64,000 nt of DNA from Euglena gracilis (taxonomy: Eukaryota), in contig CP154954.1 in assembly GCA_039621445.1 (NCBI GenBank), positions 37,495,703-37,559,702 on the forward strand. Direction: 5' to 3'. Positions within the stretch are counted from its first letter, which is position 1. Every line of letters begins with the position of its first letter. Below the pieces are notes generated by a model. That model did not search any database. It had not been told where the DNA came from and was given only the letters and a program-made list of their open reading frames with translations. Below, in pieces: positions 60,621 through 64,000 of the stretch. A program made the position numbers and the translations under genes.

Positions 60621-61294
60621 TGGTCAGCCCCCCATTCACTGTATACCCACCCCTTCTGTCATGCCCAACCACTGCAAACCCACCATGCATACAACCATTC
60701 TTTGGATCTCCAAAGGTCACCCATCATCAACCTTTCCATTTGCATGCAGGAAAACCTTCTGGTGCTGACATCTTCCCCAACCAACCCCCCAGATTGCTTT
60801 CAAACATTGTCCTCCATCCTCACCCCTGTCATCTCACATCAGGCATCAGACATCTTTTCACAGTTTTGGTTTTCATTGCCAGACTCGGGGCCAGTGGCTG
60901 CACCAACATCTGTTGTTGTAAGCCCCCCACTGACAACTGGAACCTGTTTGCATTCCTTCTCTGTGCACTCTCTTTTGCTTTGTTTGAAAGTGCCAGTGAA
61001 AACCTGTGTCCTGAAGGAAAACTCTGTTCAACCGTTGACAACAGTTTGCCAAAAAATGGGGGAAAATTTTTCATGTTCCAAACTTCAGGGCCCATCACAC
61101 ACCCATCTCACCTGCAAGACTTTCTGATGTCGCCTGTCAAGCCCAGCACTGCAGCACCCACCCACCCACCCACCCAGCCAAACACTCCAAAAAATATGCT
61201 TGCCTCCTTTTTTGGAAACCCCACTAACACCAGTCTGGACCAGCGATTTGCAAAGACGCAGGGGCCTGCAAAAATCAAGCAACACGCCTCTTCT

Positions 61295-61348
61295 GGGAGG
61301 GGAGAAGAAGCCCTGACCTGTGGTGATGTGGAAGCCAACCTAGGCCCC
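61295..61348 (+). other. 2A-like (StopGo) peptide, Pro-to-Leu variant
   Basis: GRGEEALTCGDVEANLGP versus T2A EGRGSLLTCGDVEENPGP; the Leu codon CTA is one change from Pro CCA. Confidence 0.7.
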
Positions 61349-61929
61349 GAAGACGACGTTGAAATGTTAACAGCCTCTCAATGTTCTCAACTTGGCCCAG
61401 CCCATGGCTCCTGGTTTCCGATGAATGCGCTGCCGGTTTTCCCCCAACTCCCTTTCGCCCTGCCGACTGCTTCCGGAGTGCCCGGCCTTGATGCTGGTGG
61501 CCAATGGCTACAGGACCACCAAAATGCTTCATTCCTCCCCTTGATGGACAACATCCACCCTGTGACTTTACCCTCACCACAACCACCAACGCCAGCACAC
61601 CTGCCCATTCAGTCAACTATTGCTTCTCCGTCAACGACGACCGCTCAACCATTCCAACGATCCTGTGCCATATCTCCTGTCGTTGCCGGAGTTAGTAACC
61701 CTGGTCAGCCCGCTTCACACTCCCAAGGGGACGTGGCCATGTTACCCAACTCACAGGACAGCAGGCAACGCCGAGTATCTTGCTCTGTTCCCCCGGGTAC
61801 GTTCCCAGATGACGGGGCAACCTTGCATGGCTCGGTTGCATGCTCTCCACCCATTTGAAGAGCCCCCTGGTTTTGGAACGTGGGACCCGTCTCACCAATT
61901 GCAATTTGCGAGAGATGCAGAAACCTTGC

Positions 61930-63540
61930 GGGACCGAACGTTTGCTCTGCGGAAACTCATCTGCACCTTCCCAAAAGACTCCGCTCCGGGGCCGTCTGGG
62001 CTCCGGCCAGATCACCTTCGGAGCATGCTAGCAGACTTGCCAGGATCGCGAGCTGAGGATCTCCTTGAATGCTTGGACAAATTTGTCACAGATTGCATCT
62101 CCAAAGGAGTCCACCCCCTCATGGCTCCGATTCTATCATCGGCAACTCTCACACCCTTGCGTAAGGCAGCCGCCAACCCACAGAATGGTAGTGAACCGGC
62201 AGCTGATGGCACCCGCCCAATCGCTTCTGGTGAGTGCCTTCGGCGGTTGGTGGCCAAAGTGCTGATGCACCACCCAGCAGTGACCCAATCACTTAAGGAC
62301 CTGTGCCCCCTGCAAACAGGTGTCGGTGTCAGAAATGCTTGCAGCCTGACAGCCATGGGTTTGCAACAGATGGTTTCTGATCTTCACAATAAGAAGGAAG
62401 AACGGTGGGGCTTGCTCCAAATTGACCTCACAAACGCCTTCAACAGGATGTTTCGCGCCTCCGCTCTCGACAGTGTCCGCCGCAGATGCCCATCCGCCCT
62501 GCCATGGTTGGAGAGCTGCTATAGCCAACATTCTCGCCTGTTTTGTGGGAAATCGCTGCTGCTATCCGCCCGAGGGGCACAACAAGGGGATCCGTGTGGT
62601 CCTGCTCTCTTTGCATGGGGTCTCCAAGACATGCTTGAAGATTTGTCCGCTTCTGTGGAATGGCAAGGCTGGTACCTCGACGACGGACATCTGTTGGGTT
62701 CCCCCATGCAACTCCACTCAGCACTGTCCACTCTCTCCAGGGAGGCAGGAAAAAGGGGCCTTGTTGTCAATCTTGCAAAGTGCAACCTGTGGGGCCCCTC
62801 TTTCACCTCTGCTAGCAACCATGGGTGTTATCCGGACGCTATTCCACCAGACAGCCCCCTGCGCCAAGTGCCAATTGTCCCGTTTGTGAAGGACTCCGGC
62901 GTCAAGGTCCTTGGTGTGCCACTCTGCCATCCTGAAGGTGACGCTTTTGCCCGACAAATCTGGCGCAAACGCGTGGATGGTGTTGTGAAGGCATGTGACT
63001 CCCTCTCAAGGCTCCCCCAGGCACACCTCCAGTTCACCATTCTGCGATATTGCCTGACATCATGCAAAGTCAACGACCTCCTTCGCGCTACGCCTCTTTC
63101 CACGGGCCGCCCAGAATGTGCAGCTTTCCGTACGACCCTCCGACATTGCTTTGAAGGAATAGTTGGCGGCCCTGCTTCCCTGAACAATGGGAACAAATTT
63201 GTCTCCCCATCCGGCTGGGTGGACTGGGCATCTCTGACCCGGGACACATTCGTCTACCAGCTCGGATTGCTGGCATTGTGGAATACATCCGTCGAGGCCC
63301 CGAAACCCTTGGTATTCCTTCGGCGTTCCCCAGGGCCCCCTCAGACACTCTGGTGTGCCTCCAAGAAGCCTCAGCCATCCTCGGCAACGTTGCACCACTG
63401 GTGCAATGGGTTGACGACCTGTCACTGTTGAAAGACGCGCAAAGTCCTCACACCTCCCAAAAGTGGTGGAATGGACAATTTTCCACGGCACGGCAAACAG
63501 TTCTTGCAAGGACCCTGCCCCCCACTGACCAAGTCCAATT
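61930..63540 (+). pseudogene. Non-LTR reverse transcriptase (CRE-clade-like)
   Basis: SAPGPSGLRPDHL, RPIASGECLRRLVAK, LQTGVG, IDLTNAFN, GAQQGDPCGP, WYLDDG, GLVVNLAKC, VKVLGVP; frameshift near 63180. Confidence 0.92.
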
Positions 63541-64000
63541 AGTGAAAAGCTTCCTAATTTTGAGGGGATTTGGTGGCCAATTCCTAACTTTCAGTGATTA
63601 ATGCCTAATTTGGGGTGCAAAGCCCTACAAGAGGGGTTGCTTTGGGCAATTTTTAGTCACTTGAAACCGTTCCACACAAAATTTCAGCCTTTTTCCGTCC
63701 ATAACAGGTAATTTTTGTCAGTTCGTGGAAAACGGACCATCAACTGAACAATTTTTAGTCATTCGAATAATTTGTTGGCAAAATTCCTTCACAATGACTA
63801 TGGAATGACCCAAAAATCGGCTGAAATGGTCAAAATTGGTCAAAAAAGTCCCAAAATTGGCAAAATTGACAAAAAATGACGAAAAATGACTTCAAATGGA
63901 GGCTAGGCGCGCCGCTCGGGGGGGTCCGGGACCCCCCCCTCCCCCCCCCCTGCGCGTCCCCTGCGCGGCCGCCCGCGCGGCCGCTCGCCCCCCCCCCCTG

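Larger units (their letters stand above)
60131..63540 (+). mobile_element. CRE/SLACS-like non-LTR retrotransposon, frameshifted, 3' part interrupted
   Basis: RT motifs in the next feature; 5' tandem repeats; coding similarity stops near 63540 before any restriction-like endonuclease domain. Linking the 5' end to the RT is inferred from continuous open frames. Confidence 0.75.

Overview
Repeat-dense eukaryotic DNA, almost certainly from a euglenid. Evidence: two copies of the euglenid spliced-leader (SL) exon at 60088-60155, and non-GT/AG introns with euglenid-type paired ends. (1) 1-14270 (+): a 5'-truncated Ty3/Gypsy chromovirus with gag (two CCHC knuckles), an in-frame UAG followed by an MLV-like readthrough structure, protease, an unexpected Dam/DIRS-type N6-adenine methyltransferase-like domain, RT, RNase H, integrase and chromodomain. 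After pol come a ~1,900-codon extra ORF with its own splice acceptor and an 8-Cys finger, a PPT and a short candidate 3' LTR. (2) ~15190-15860: a decayed DIRS-type tyrosine recombinase. (3) ~16.6-60 kb: nested MITEs (CAG-ended with 8-bp TSD, GGTAC-ended with 8-bp TSD, TA-flanked), satellites and a large inverted repeat. Hidden among them is a minus-strand two-RRM host gene (~246 aa, 31386-58298). Two of its introns (347 nt and ~17 kb) are each exactly an inverted-repeat-bounded element plus one copy of an 8-bp TSD, which would explain the euglenid '+4 CAG / -8 CTG' intron rule. (4) 60131-63540 (+): a CRE/SLACS-like non-LTR retrotransposon that begins with SL sequence and carries a 2A-like motif. 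Many frameshifts fall in homopolymer runs and may be sequencing errors. All calls are by eye; no database searches were run.
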